NCBI GenBank assembly: GCA_024137785.1 | Contig: JAHRHZ010000130.1 | Span: 2,488,365 to 2,552,364, forward strand | DNA from: Ginglymostoma cirratum | Lineage: Eukaryota | Length of the DNA: 64,000 bases | Direction: 5' to 3' | In this document: positions 10,954 through 24,649 of the stretch, in pieces | How positions within the stretch are numbered: the first letter of the stretch is position 1 | Layout of the letters: every line of letters begins with the position of its first letter | Translations under genes and position numbers: made by a program | Notes under the pieces: generated by a model | Told to the model about the DNA's origin: nothing | The model's database searches: none | What the model saw: only the letters and a program-made list of their open reading frames with translations

Positions 10954-12499
10954 AAAACATACATCACCTACACATCTGATTGCCTTCTAGAGAAATTCAA
11001 ACTGAATAGTTAGGTGTGACCTCCTCCTGACAGAGTCATTCTGATTCCCTGGTCAAATCGTGTCTCTCTAAAAGGAGATAATTCTCTTTTGCAGAACTTT
11101 CTCCAGGAGTCTCCCTGCCATTGATGTGAGACTCACTGGTCCATAGTTCCCATGTCTTTCTCTAGCATCCTTCTTGTAAAGTAGAAGCACTTTAGCTGTC
11201 CTCCAGTCCTCTGGCCGCTCTCCTGTGGCCAGAGAGAGATTAAAAATCTGAGGCAGTGCCACTGTGATTTCCTCACACATTGCCCGCAGCAACCTGAGAT
11301 ACAACTCATCCGGACATGGGGATCTGTCCAATTTTAAACATGCCAAAACCTCCAATACCTCCAATGGCTCATCCCCAAAAAAAAGTTATGTAAAGGCTTT
11401 TGAACATGTTTTGGGATTATAATCCTGCTCTAAGCATGATCAGGGTTAACCAAACAGAAACAGAAGGCGTGTGGAATGAGGCTGCAAAAAGAAGCCACAA
11501 GAAAAGACAAGGTCATTTCCCTGGGGTGGGGGAGTCCAAAAGTTGAAGGCATCGGTTTAAGGTGTGAGGTGAAAGATTTAAAAGGGTCCTAAAGAGACGG
11601 TGAGTATATAGAATGAGCTGCCAGAGGAAGTTGCGGAAGCTGGTACAATTACAACATTTAAAAGGCATGTGGGTGGGTAAATGAAGAGGAAGTGTTTAGA
11701 AGGAAATGGGCCAAATACTGGCAAATGGGACTAGATTTATTTAGGATATCTGATTGGCATGGACGAGTTGGATCGAAGGATCTGATTCTGAGCTGTAAAT
11801 CTCTATGATTCTAAGTAACGGAGAGAGTCATTAAAAAAAAGTCACATCTGGTCTTCAAGGAGCAGAGAGGGTAAATGATTGATTCACAGGGTCTGCCAAC
11901 TACCTTCAAAAATAGAGATTCGAAACTAACAACACACTTGTTTGAAAATATCACCCAATTACATCTGTGTGATTTTGCAGAGGCTTTGTGGCGAATTTAG
12001 AACTCCATAACAGATGCTACCACCAGATTGTGTGTCGTGCATTTTATTTTGCTGAGAAGTTCCTTTCAGAATGGAGAACAGGAGTTGCATGATCTGAGAA
12101 TCAAACAGTGGAGGTCAGCTTCAGATTATCCTCCCTGAGAACACATACAACTCTAATTAAGCCAGGAAGTATAACAAAGATTGCTTGTGGACTCAACATT
12201 GCAGTGTAATTGTAAACGATCAAACATGAAGTTAGTTCAATGTAAAACTAATGCGAATGTGTAAAATGGAATTGGGGACTATCAGTAAGGAAAAATACAT
12301 AATTTTTGTTTGTTCTCAAGACAGCAATTAGAAAAGATGATAATTTAATAAGCTTGTGTCAAAGAGAGAGGGAGTTATGTTAATTCCATGAAAAGAAATG
12401 TGCATTTGGGTTCAAGTAGTTACAGATCTTGGAAAACAAGACCATGAAACAATATGAGGTAGGTGTAATTATTGAGGTAATTTGTGGAAATAATGCACG

Positions 12500-12820
12500 G
12501 AAATACACAGATATCATACAAATATACAATAAGACACACACACAAATACATGTAACCACAGACAAATATGCACAGGCACACACAGGCAGGCACATCCATA
12601 CAGAGACAAACTGACATGTGCACATGCGCAGATACATGTGCACACAGACATACGTACACCCAGATATATACATATATACAATCACATACATACACAAACG
12701 GAAATACAACCAAAATAATTTACTATCTAACATACCTACAGGCATGTGTACACAGGTTCAAACACAGAGAAGGACATGTGCACACACTCATACATTGACA
12801 CGTGAATATATATGAACACT
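12500..12820. repeat. Degenerate (CA/TA)-rich simple repeat
   Basis: Low-complexity acacat-type tract that explains the spurious ORFs at 12380-12815. Confidence 0.8.
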
Positions 12821-13279
12821 ACCTAACAAAATACTGGATTAGGTGAAAGCTAAATACAAAATCTTAGATTAAATAAAATCATTTAGTATGATTATCATAA
12901 TATGAATATCAAAAATAATTATGAAAGCAAATAAAACGGTGTTCAGCTACTGCATTTTGAATAGATTAATGTTCTTGGTGGTGGGGAGAACAATTTATTT
13001 TAGATCAATGTGATGAAAGTTAGGATGAACGAATTCAGCACGGAAACGTAAGCACACGCACGCATGTGCATGCACCCACACATACACACACACATTCAGA
13101 CATCTGGGAAAGGTTTGGTGTGTGCCTTTGCAGTTGTACTTCTTCATGAAGTGAATGCACTTCAGCAGTAGATGGAAGTCAATCCGATAGCAAAACTGTT
13201 TAATTCCCGATCTACCACAGGTAGTTTCCATCTCAAAATTAGATAGAAAGTCCTGGAATACAACCAATCTTAAGCATCT

Positions 13280-14360
13280 TAAATCACATGGAATTGACAG
13301 AAACTTAGCAAGATGGATGAGAAACTGGCTTAGGAATAGGGCACAAAGAATAGTGGTAAAAGGCTGTTTGAGTGACTGGAGGCCGGTGTCCAGCGGTGTA
13401 CCAGAAAGATCAGTGCTGGGACCCTTATTGTTTGTTAAATACAAAGATCATACAGATGAAAATGTGAGGGAAATGTCAAGCAAATTTGCAGACAACACCA
13501 AGGTTGGTAAAGTTGTTAGTAGCAAAGAAGATGGTTGTAGGTTACAGGAAGATGCAAGTAGGTTGGTCAGTTGGGCAGATCAATGGCAGATGGTATTTAA
13601 CCCTGAAAAGTGTAATGCACTTTGGAAGAACAAATAAGATTAGGGAGTATTTAATGAATGGCAGGATACTGGGTAGCTGAGAGGAACAGACGGATCTTGG
13701 GACAGTTATTCACAGATCTCTGAAGTCAGTAGGGCACATGAAAGGGATAGTTAAGATAGCATATGGGACATTTGCTTTCATCAGTTATGGCATAGAGTAA
13801 GAGTGAGGAGGTAATGTTGGAGTCGTACAGAGCATTGTCAGGCCACAGCTGGAGTACTATGTGCAGTTTTGGTCATCTCACTACAGGAAGGATGTGGTAG
13901 CAGTAGAGGTGGTACGGAAGAGGTTCACCAGGATGTTGCCTGGGATAGAGAATTTGAGCTTTAAGGAGAGACTAGATAGATTTGGATTGTTTTTTCCAAA
14001 GCAGAGAATGATTGAGGTGTATAAGATTATGAGGGGTATGGACAGGGTGTATCAAGAGCAGCTATTCCTTTTGCTTGGAAGGTCAATCATGAGGGGCGCA
14101 GTTTAAGGGTAAGGGGCAGCAGATTCACAAGGAATTTGCAAGAAACTTTTTCAATCAGCGGTTGGTGGGAATCTTGCATTGCCTGGGAAGGTAGTGGATG
14201 TCAGAAATTTTACAACCTTTAAAAGAAAATTGGATGAGTACTTCAAATATCGTAACATTCAAGGATATGAGACAAGTGCAGGGAATTGGGATTTGTGCAC
14301 TTTTAGGGATAGTTATGTTGGTGCACACTCAATAGGCCGAGGCTATATGAATCTATGAAT
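13280..14360 (+). mobile_element. CR1 LINE RT C-terminus and 3' UTR
   Basis: ORFs 13317..13637 (SGVPERSVLGPLLF, KFADNTK) and 13861..14106. Confidence 0.88.
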
Positions 14361-17300
14361 CTATTTAAAACAAAACTTTGAATTATTGGTACAAGGCCAC
14401 AGAATTGTTCATGAGCAAACTTTAACAGAAGATAGATTGTCACACTGTGCAGTGTAAATAATAGGGCAGTAGTTCTCATCTTTCATTGAGTTAACCAAAT
14501 CACTGTTGACCTGAAGGTGAATTTTGCAAGATTCACTCCAGCCTGAGGGAGTTGGCTAGATCAGTTGATTGGGTAGGAGGTTTGCGATTTTGATTGATGC
14601 CAACAGTCTGTGTTCATTCATCATTCCAGCTGAGAACAGCATGAAGTTGCGCCTTCTCAACTTTACTTGAGGCATCATGATGCTCAGGTTAAACTCATCA
14701 CTAGGCGTCCCTTTCCAATGAGACAGCAATTCATTGCAACTTTCTTTCTAATACAACATGCCTTAACAACATTAGTTACAGATGCTGCCAGACCTACGCA
14801 GTGTCTCCAGAATTTGTTTGCACTTCAAACCAGACAGAATCTCTGTGAGGCGAAGCAGATCACTCTGACAGTGACTCTGTTGAGCTGGTCGATGCACACT
14901 GAAATCAACAGTGTTGGATAAGTCAGAACATAAGCTTTTGCAGATTTAATGTACCTATGCTGACTTGAACCTATGGGCACTGAACATAACTGTCCTGAAT
15001 TGAATTTGTTGATACTGTAGATATCAATTTGCTGTACTCATTCTGACCACCACAACCTATTTATACTGACCTAGACAATTTCATAAACTTTTTAATATAC
15101 CTCCTTGAAGCGGATCAGCCCACAGTAGAATTAACAATCCTGTACAGAAGCTTTTCTCCTTACTGTGTTCAAGCTTAGCAGTGTCTGTATTTGTCAGTTC
15201 AGAATTTAAAATTACCGAATCAAATTAGGCTACACTGAATCAAATCTTGTGCTGGTAACCTTGCCCTGAAGCTTTGCTGTGTTAGATATTAATTTTCCAT
15301 ATGAAGATTGCACACTGCATTTTTTATTGCCTTATAAGATTTTTCTTTACTCATTCAAAGCATGTGGACATTGCTGGTTGGGTCAACATTTACTGTACCT
15401 CCCGAGTTGCCATTGAGAAGTTGGGAGTGAGCTGCCTTCTTGAGCCGCTGCAGTCCATTGCCTGTAAGAAGGAATGGTGATATAGACATAAAGTCATCGA
15501 GTCATACAGCACGGAAACAGAACCTTCAGTCTAACTAGTCCATGCTGACCGGGTTACCAAACAAAACTAGTCCCACTTGCCTGCATTTGGCCCATATCCA
15601 TCCAAACCTTTCCTATTAATATACTTATCGAAATGTCTTTTTAAATATTGTAACTGTATCTACATCCACTACTTTCTCTGGCAGTTCATTCCACACACAA
15701 ACCATTCTCTACATAAAAAAGTTGCCCCTCATGACCTTTTTAAAACTTTCTCCTCTCACCTTAGAAATATACTTCCCAGTTTTAAACTCCCCTACCCTAA
15801 GCAAGATAGCAGCAGTGTAGGGCCCCTGTCCGGAGCTTGTCCACTCCAACTGCTTTTCTTTCTTCTTCTTTCATTTATTCTTGCCATTTACTTGCTTTCT
15901 TTTAGTTCTTTAGGTTTTTTCCTTTCTGTAATTGCCTTGTGGAGCCATACGTGGCTGATGTGCCCAAGCAGAACTCTGGCAGTTGGCGGCATCGTGACTT
16001 CATCAATGCGTGGAGGTGGTATCACAGCAGGATTCTCCAGCAAGACGGCTAACATAGCAATGAATCTTGGCGGTGGCTGGGGCCCAGTGCGAGCCCAGAT
16101 GGGGGCAGTGGTGAGGCTGTGGTCGGCAATGAAGGATGGCAGCACTGGCGGTCAGGAGTGAAGCGGCGGCAGCGAAAAATGACAGCAGTGGCAGCTTGTC
16201 GCAAAGGACAGCGGCAGTGGCGAAGTGGTGGTCGGGGCTGAAGCCTCGTGAGCAGCGGCGAAGCCTGGCGTGACCAATAAAGGTCAACAGTGGCAATCGG
16301 TGGTAAAGGCGGCTGGTAATCACAGGCTGATTTTAGCCCAGCAAGGGAAAGCATGCTCAGCGCACAGGAAAGCAAGCCCTCTTTGGGAAAACCCAGCTTG
16401 GGGCATCTGCAGGCCCATGGCTTAAAAAAGGACTGTAATGTTTGACTTCCTAAATTTTATTTTCCTACTTTTATACTAAGAAGACGGTCGTGCTGAACCT
16501 TTTAATTTATTTATTTTTCTACTTCTGTAACTAAGATTTTGGAGCCAGGTACACTGGATGTAAAATGGTGTTGTGTTTGGCGACATTGTGCAGTTTTCAC
16601 TGCACTCTTGAACCCCATACTTGAGTAGATGTGACAATAAAACCCAAATCTAAATCAAAACTGAAATATATATCTAGGGAAAAGACCCTTGTTGTTCATC
16701 TTATCAATGCCCCTCATGATTTTATAAGCCTCTATAAGGTCACACATCAACCTCCTGCGATCCAGTGAAAAACGTCCCAGCCTATTTTTATAACTCAGCA
16801 AAATTCTGGCATATCTTTTCTGAATTCTCTGCAATTGGACAGTGAGTGTTTTGGCGGGGAACTACAGGTGGTGTTCCCATGCCTTTGCTGTCTTTGTCTT
16901 TCTAGATTGTAGGCGTTGTTTGGAGGGCGTTGTCTAAAGAGCATTGAAGGACTTCTGCAGTGCGCCTTGAAGACAGTATACACAGCTGCTACTGAGCGTA
17001 GTTAGTGAAGGACTGAATGATTGTGAATATTGTGCCAATCAAGTGGGTTGCTTTGTTGTGAATGATGTCAGGCTTCTTGAGTGTTATTGGAGCTGCTCTC
17101 ATCCAGGCAAGTGGGGAGTATTCTATCATACTCATGATTTGTGCCTTGTAGATGCTGGATAGGCACTGGGGAGCCACGAGGTGAATTACTCACTGCAAGA
17201 TTCCTGGCCTCCAACTTACTGTTGTGGTCACAATACTTAAAAGACTAATTCAGTTCAGTTTCTGGTCAATGTAAGACCCAGGGCTTTGACAGTGAGGGAT

Positions 17301-17683
17301 ATTCAGCGATGGTAATACTGTTGAATGTCAAGGGGCGACTGCTTGGCTCTCTTGTTGGAAATGGTCATTGCCTGACACTTGTGTGGCATGAGTATTACTT
17401 GTCTTTTGCCAGTGCAAGTTTGGATAATGCCCTGGTCTTCCAGCATTTGGGTACGGAATGATTTATTCCTACTGAAATCATACTGCTGTGTCTGAGTTTT
17501 TGACTTTCCAGTCCTTTCAGTGCCCTTCAAAATCTATCATTCAATTGAAAGGTGAACACGAGAGTGGCAGCAACTGCATCAATCTGTTTGTTTCGATATG
17601 TGCAATTAATGTAAGAACTCAAATCATGTAATTCTCTCCCTGGAGCCTGTCATCAAATATAAATATGAGAACTTTTCAAATAA

Positions 17684-17842
17684 ATGGATTAAGGCCCGAA
17701 ACGTCAAGCTTCCCTGCTCCTATGATGCTGCTTGACATCTTGTTATCTCGGATTCTCCAGCATCTGCAGTACCTATTATCTCTATCTAAAGGTCTGGTGT
17801 TTACCATTTACCATCATGGTATTGCAAGAATTGGAGCTCCAG
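17684..17842 (+). pseudogene. Paralogous GPR139-like exon-1 cassette interrupted by a Penelope 3' fragment (relic or alternative first exon)
   Basis: 17791-17842 encodes GLVFTIYHHGIARIGAP + G followed by phase-1 donor GTAAAA, homologous to GPIFAIYYPVFAAIAVP. TATAAATA at 17658-17665 and ATG GAT at 17684 precede a ~95-nt Penelope tail insertion. Confidence 0.7.
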
Positions 17843-18089
17843 GTAAAATATTATAACTAGTTAATGGATTCCGGAATGCTTGCCTGACTATAGCGCTTCC
17901 ACATTTCCAAATGCTCAGTGAAGCCATTTTATGATCTGTTACATTGAAATGATAATTTAATGGGACTAGCTTTTTTCCCATTTGATAGGTGTTTCCCCAT
18001 TTTAAAGTAATTTTTGTCAAATTTAAAGTATTCTGCTAGATTTATAACATATTGCATGAGCTATCACACTTTTATTTTGTTCCATGCAT

Positions 18090-20300
18090 AAGAATGTAAA
18101 CATTGAAATTAGGAGCAGGAGTCACTCTTGCTTCATTGAGCCTGATTCACCATTGAATATAAACTTAGTTGATCCTCTATCACAATGCCATATTCCCACC
18201 TTCTCAACATACTTCCTGATGGCTTTAAAATTTAACAATTTATATATCTCTTTCATGAAAATATTCAAATTTCTCAGCCTCCACAACTTTCTACAATATA
18301 GAATTTAATATAGAACCATAGAATCCCTACAGTGTGGAAACAAGCACTTCGGCCCAACAAGTCCACACCGAACCTCAGAGCATCCCACCCAGACACATCC
18401 CGCATAACCCACCTAATCTACACATCCCTGAACACTACGGGCAATTTCGCATGGCCAATCCACCGAACTTGCACATCTTAGGACTGTGGGCGGAAACCGG
18501 AGCACCCAGAGGAAACCCACGCAGACATGGGGAGAATGTGCAAACTCCACACAGATGGTTGTCCGAGGCTGGATTCGCACTTGGCTCCCTGGCGCTGTGA
18601 GGCAGCAGTGCTAACCACTGTTCACTACGCTTTGCGTAAAGATGTTTCTTCTCATTTCAGTTCTAAATCGTCACATCATTTCCAGAGACCGTGTTCGCAG
18701 GTTCTAAAATCCTTAACCATGGAAAACTTCCTCCCTGCATCTGTTCTGTCCAGCCCTTAGCATTTGATACATTTTAATCAGATCTCTTCTGACTCTTCCT
18801 AACTCCAGTGAATAAAGGCCCAGTTGAACAAATCTCTCTTCATTGGATAGCTTGCCATCAGGGCACTTGATATCAGCCTCCAGAATCTCCATTGCACTCA
18901 CTCATTCCAAGCAGATTCTTTCTTAGATAGGGAGACTAAAACTGAACACAATACTCCAGGCGTGGTCTTTCTAAAGTCCTGTATACATCGAGAAGACGTC
19001 CCTATTTCTGAACTCAAATCCTGTTGCGATGAAAGTCAACATACCATTTGCCTTCCTAATTGCTTGCTACATCTGTCTTGTACACTTTCATTGACTGGTA
19101 TACAAGGACAACCAAATCCTTTCATATATCACTCTTCCCAAAATGTCACAACTTAAATAATACTCTCCCTTTCTTTTTCTCACACCTAAGTGTATAAAGT
19201 CACATTTAGTCACGTTGACCTGCATCTGCTATGTTTTTTGTCACTCACTCAAATTGTCTAAAACACCTTGAAACTCCAATCACCCACCTCAAAACTCATA
19301 ACCTTGCCCAGTTTTGTATCATCAGCAAACTTGGAAAGTGTTGCATTTAGATTTCTTGCCCAGGTCATTTACATATATCTTGAATTGAATTTATCCTTAG
19401 CAGCAACCCATTAGCCGTTGCCTGCATTTCAGGAAAAGACCCATTTATTCCCATTTGTCTGTTATCGCTTCTCAATTCATATTAAACCCTATAGCACATG
19501 CTTTCATTTTGTGAAGTAACCTCTTATGAAGGACCTTATCGAAGACTTCCTGAAAATTTAAATGCACCACATCTGCTAGCTGTCTCTTATCAATTCAACT
19601 AGTTACATCTTCAAAATAACCCCAGTAAAGTTAAGCACAATTTCCTTTCCAAACCATACTCATTTTGTCCAATACTGTTAATTTTACAAATGTTACGTAA
19701 TCATATTTTTTGTAATAATGTCTAGCATGTTCCCCACCACTGACATTAGTTTAACTGGCCTGTAATATTTTCTTTTTTCTATGCTTCACTTTTTAAATAG
19801 TGGAATTAAATAGTGAATTTTGGAAGATGACCACCCATTCATCCAATATTTGCATGGCTACTTCCTTTAGTGCTCTGTGATGTAGATTTTCAGGCCCTGG
19901 TGCAACCTTTAAACTCATTAATTTCTTGGGCTTCATTTTCTTCCTAATACTGATTCCCTGCAATTCCACTCTCACACCTGGACCCTGATTCCTTAGTATT
20001 TCTGGAAGGTTATTTGTGTCTTCTTGTGAAGACAGAAACAAAGTGTGTCTTCAGCTCTTCTGCCATTTCTTTACTCCCTACTTTAATTTCAGTGGGTGCT
20101 GACTATAAGGGATGACATTTGTCTTTACTTTTTCTCTTCACGTATTTACAGAACTTGTGCCAGTCAGTTTCTATTTTTCCTACAATTTTACTCTCATGCT
20201 CCATTTTCCCACTCTTGATCAAACGTTTTGACCTCTTTTGCTCATTTCTAAATTCTTTCCAATCCTCATGCTTGCTGCCTTTTCTGACAATCTTATATGT
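18090..20300 (-). mobile_element. Old CR1 LINE with HE1 SINE insertion
   Basis: ORFs 18713..18901, 19793..20041 (APGPENLHHRALKEVA) and 20103..20312. Confidence 0.75.
18310..18622 (-). mobile_element. HE1-type SINE
   Basis: Same family as 10650-10953. Absent from the paralogous CR1 at 31 kb. Confidence 0.88.
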
Positions 20301-20999
20301 CTCAAAAACCATGACGCCAGGAACCAGGAGTCAGCTGTACACTTAACCCACTGTTGGGCAGACTCTGCCTCTCTCTGTCCTGGACCTGAACTAATCTTTC
20401 GCCTTCAAGTAGACATAATCAGCACAGTATTTCTCCACTTCTCAGCTGCAGGGCAGACACACAGATAGTGATCAATCTGCTGTTGGTCTCAAATTATAAG
20501 TGATAAGAGAACTTACATCGCTTATGGCAGCTTATATAGTTGTGAAATTCAGGCCAATAAGTTATATTGCTGACCTAAAGAATTTTAAGTTTGCATTCCC
20601 CTCATTTGCGCTGAATCCTTGAATGAAGGCATGGAATTCACTGGTCTTCTCAAAACTGACCATCAAATGGGCAGCACACTGTGATAGAACACACACCTGC
20701 CCTAATTTACATAATGTGAGGGAGACCTCCTTAAATACCCAGTGTTCCCCTTGAGCTTACAAACTTTATGTTAATTAAAGGCACTTCATACATGTTTAGT
20801 TTTAAGTTGATGAATTCATTCTGAATTTTGCCTTGTTTCACACAGAGATGCTACCAAACAAAACAGTTGAGGCTATCCTCAGTGTGAAGATAGGAAACGG
20901 TATCCAGCAACTCTGTGCTCACCATTGCTATTATACACTCAAGCACGTATGTGAAGATAAAGTGGTGAAAATGACTGTAAGTCAGTCTTCTCCACATTG

Positions 21000-22540
21000 T
21001 GGCTCTGTTCAAGAAGTAAGTGGCACAACAGATAAGGAGGAATCGGTGGATGCATTGTAGATTTCCGGCAGGCATTTGAAAAGGTGCTGCATCAAATGTA
21101 ATTGCAGAAAATAAAAGCTTATGTGTAGAGGGCAAGTAACATTCACAACACACAAATACCAGGCAGTAACTACATACAATAAGAGACAATCTAAACATCA
21201 TGTCATTGAATCATGGCTCTCAAAATCATGGGGCTTACTTTTGACCAGAAAATTGATAGGCCAAAGGACCTTTTCTGTCCTGTAGACCTGTGTGACTTTA
21301 AAACCACACGTCACATCTTCCTTTTCATGAACCTGCTCATTAAATGTTTCTGTCTCCAACATTCAATTAATTTCCTAGGCAGGTCAATAATCTTCATTAA
21401 CATTCTTTAAGCTTCAACTGAGAATGGTTGAGAAACAGGAAGCAGATTAGAAATAAACAGGTCATTTTATTCAGGCTGCCAGGATGCCATGTGTGTTGTG
21501 TCAAATGTGTTGGTGCCAGGGCTCAACTCTTTGCGAATTATATAAATCATTTGTATGAACAGACATAAAAACATGTGAACAGAATTTCTTCAGCCAGTTG
21601 AGCCTGCATTGTCATTAGATGAAGTGCCTGATCTGGGGTCTAACTTGGGAGGTGTAGAAGCTAAATAATCACAGAAGGATAGGTAGGAAAATGAAGAGCC
21701 TGCAAAGGAATGCAGATAGGTTAAGTGAGTTATCAAAGGAGTACAAAAAGTGTGAAATTGTCAATTTTGCTAAGAACAACAAAAAAAACATATATCCTGA
21801 ATATGAGTGGTTGCAGAACTTTGAGATGCAGAGAGATCTGGAAGTCCCTGAGTCAAACTCAGAAAATTTATTTGCAGGTATAGTGAGTAATCAGGGCAGT
21901 TAATAGAATGTTATGTGTTATTGTGAGGAGAGTTGAATGCAAGAGTAGGAAGGTGATGTTTCAGTTGTACAGGTGAGGTTGAATTACTGTACTTTGTACA
22001 GTACTGGTTGTCATACATAAGGATGAATATTAATATGCTGGAAGCTATTCAAAGAACATTTGCTGAACTAATGCCTAGAATGAGCCTATTTCTTTATGAA
22101 GAAAGGCTCACGAGGCTAGGCCTGTATCCTCTGGAGTTTGGAAAGTCAGAAGTGACATAATTGAAACATACAAGATCCTGAGGGGACCTGACCAAATGGA
22201 TGTTGAATGGATGTTTTCTCTTATTTCAGAATATAGAACTAAGGTTTATAGTTTATAAATAAAGCATTGCCCATTTTCGACAGAGAAGAGGAAGCTTTTT
22301 TTTTAATCAGAGGGCTGTGAGACATTGGAATTCCCTTTCTGAAAAGCCAGCAGGTGTAGAATTTTCAAATGTTGAAGCAAAGATAAATAGATTCTTGATT
22401 GCCCAGGAGATGAAAGATTCCTGGAGATTCAGGAATGTAAAGTTGAGGTTGAAATCAGATCAGCCATGAGCTTACTGATTGGCAGAGTAGGCTCGAAAGG
22501 CCAAGCGGCCTTCTCCAATTCCTTATTCATAAGTTCTTAC
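21000..22540 (+). mobile_element. Old CR1 LINE fragments
   Basis: Degenerate RT and 3' UTR sequence, paralogous to 32240-33225. Confidence 0.7.
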
Positions 22541-22712
22541 GTCAAATTCTATTGCAGGTACAATTTGGTAGGCATACTTCAGATCGCGACCAATTCCATT
22601 ACTGTTGGTGGCATCAAGTCAAACTTGATGACTGACATCGCAATTTTCCACTCTGAGTATATTCTATGTCAGTGCTACCCTCTACATGCTTTGCAACAGA
22701 TGAATCAACTGG

Positions 22713-22985
22713 CCTAGCAGTATATATCATTGGACTGTTAATCCAGAGACCCAGATAACATTCTAGGGATGCAGGTTTGAATCCTGCCATGGCAGATGGT
22801 GGAATTTGAATTCAATGAATATCTGGAATTAAGAATCTAATGATGACTGTGAATCCGTTGTTGATTGTCGGAAAAATCCATCCAGTTCACTAATGTCCTT
22901 TAGAGAAGGAAACTGCCATCCTGACCTGCATGTTATTCCAGACCCACAGCAATGCAGTTGACTCTTAATTGTCCTGTGGGGCAGT
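22713..22985 (+). mobile_element. SacSINE1/DeuSINE-type SINE
   Basis: tRNA-like head plus Deu-domain-like core (ggcagatggtggaatttgaattcaat...gttcactaatgtcctttagagaaggaaactgcc...ccagacccacagcaatg). Confidence 0.8.
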
Positions 22986-22998
22986 TGTCATTTTGGGG

Positions 22999-23200
22999 TA
23001 TTATTGTTGTTTGAAGAGACATATCCATCAATTTTTTTCGTTATTCATTCATGGGATGAGGGCATAGCTGGCAAGGCAGCATTTATTGCCCATCCCTAAT
23101 GGGGATAGGCAATAAATGCTGCCTCACCAGCGGTGCCCTAATCCTGTGAATGAATAAAGAAAAAAATTGATGTATATGTCTCCTCAAGCAACAATTAATA
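22999..23200. repeat. ~98-bp-arm imperfect palindrome (fold-back) just upstream of the GPCR TATA box
   Basis: 22999-23096 is the reverse complement of 23102-23200 with scattered mismatches and a 5-nt loop TAATG. Confidence 0.9.
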
Positions 23201-23296
23201 AGCGTGAAAATGACTGCCTTAATGTGTTTGTCTGGTGAACTGTAACAAACATCAGTGTTGATGGAATAGAATTGCCTCATTAAAGTTGACATTGGA

Positions 23297-23304
23297 TATA
23301 AATA
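23297..23304 (+). promoter_or_regulatory. TATA box (TATAAATA) of GPCR exon 1
   Basis: Canonical motif ~70 nt before the ATG. The same ATATAAATATG context occurs upstream of the paralogous exon-1 cassette at 17657-17667. Confidence 0.6.
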
Positions 23305-23367
23305 TGGGATCATCTGAGAACTTCGTGGAGTACAAGAGACGTCCTCGTTCCAACATTTCTTGCTGAA

Positions 23368-23437
23368 ATGCATGCTCCATTAACTGGCCCCATATTTGCC
23401 ATTTACTATCCGGTCTTTGCAGCCATCGCTGTTCCAG
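23368..23437 (+). CDS. GPR139/GPR142-like class A GPCR, coding exon 1 (MHAPLTGPIFAIYYPVFAAIAVP + 1 nt)
   Basis: First ATG after an in-frame TAA (23299-23301), TATAAATA ~70 nt upstream, encodes the first half of TM1 (YY..LG/AxP pattern), phase-1 donor CCAG|GTATGC that joins exon 2 in frame as ...AVP-A-NLMAIVIL. Confidence 0.88.
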
Positions 23438-24649
23438 GTATGCAATTGTAGTGAGTTATTCAGTTCTCTTCATACTATCATAGTTCTAGATAAAGTATCA
23501 CAGGAAGGTATCAAATGTGCAAATTCTTTTGAGGTTATATCTTTGCTGGTAAAATATGTAAATGCAATATTTTCAACCGTCGAAGTCACTGCTTCAGATG
23601 TTGAGCACCTACCAAAGTTATCACAGGGAAGTATGCATTGCACGAACATTTGCCGAAGGTATCGCTGTTCTTTGTAAGGTGTTGTGCTAGATTATTTTAT
23701 GAAATAATCTCGTCACCCTTGAGGTACAGGTCAACAACTGGTTTTTGAGTCAACGTTGGGAAAGTATACCCTCAAAAAAATCCAAGGTAGCACTCTAACA
23801 GAATGTGGATTCATCAGATATTTATAAATCAGATACCAGTACAGAGAGTAAGTCACGTAGACAATACATCACTGGATTCCAAAATTTTTAGACACAAGCA
23901 TCCTGCTTTTCACGCAGTCTGAAAGTGGCAAGGCGTCTGTTTCCATTCTCACTATTACCTACTGTCCCACTCTATCTCCTCTCTGAAGCCTGTACTTTCT
24001 TACCATCCTTGAATAAATTCCATTGTTTTGCCTTTCTCGATGTGGTATAGATCATCCTCAATTCCCAATTCCAAATAAGGCTTCAGCGTTAATGCTTGTT
24101 GCAGCCTTGTTGCATTTTCACAGAAACCCTGGCTGCATTTGAGCATGTTTATGCGATTTAACCAACTTCCGTTTTAACCTGATGAACCACTGGACAGAAA
24201 AATACGTTTAGGACCACAGGTACCAGTTCATGCTGTACATTATCATAATTTTCTATTATCATTGATTAAGATCAGGTCATTTGCTGGTCCAAGATTTCTG
24301 CTCGGACATGATTATTCAGTTGGCACTGGGGTTGAAACTTTAACTGTCATGAAGGGAATTCTCTGCTCTTGTGGAAGGAGGTGAAGTTGTCGTCACAATT
24401 TTCTTCCTTAGGATGGATTTCCCATATCCACCTTTCATTGCTGTTCCCCTATTGATGAAGAGGTTTGGGGCAATCTTGCAGGCTGCAAATGTCCCATCCA
24501 ATATTCAAATGAATGGAAACGGAAAGAACTGTGGATGCCGTAAACCAGGAACAAAAACAGAAGTTGCTGGAAAAGCTCAGCAGGACTGGCAGCACGTGTG
24601 AAGAAAAATCAGAGTTAATGTTTCGGGTCCAGTGACCCTTCCTCAGATC

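Larger units (their letters stand above)
9335..11365 (-). mobile_element. Degenerate CR1 LINE interrupted by a Penelope mini-element and an HE1 SINE
   Basis: ORF 11068..11364 (DRSPCPDELYLRLL, PEDWRTA, NYGPVSLTS) and CR1 3' sequence. Confidence 0.8.

Noticed and set aside
12380-12815. Several overlapping ORFs rich in C/V/Y or H/T
   Set aside because: Products of a CA/TA simple repeat.
13110-13225. AG...GT bounded exon-like segment (also minus strand ~20300-20446)
   Set aside because: Stops in all three frames and no recognisable homology.
15577-16375. Overlapping 85-194 aa ORFs
   Set aside because: They span a CR1 tail and a GC-rich non-coding interspersed element, with no protein family signal.
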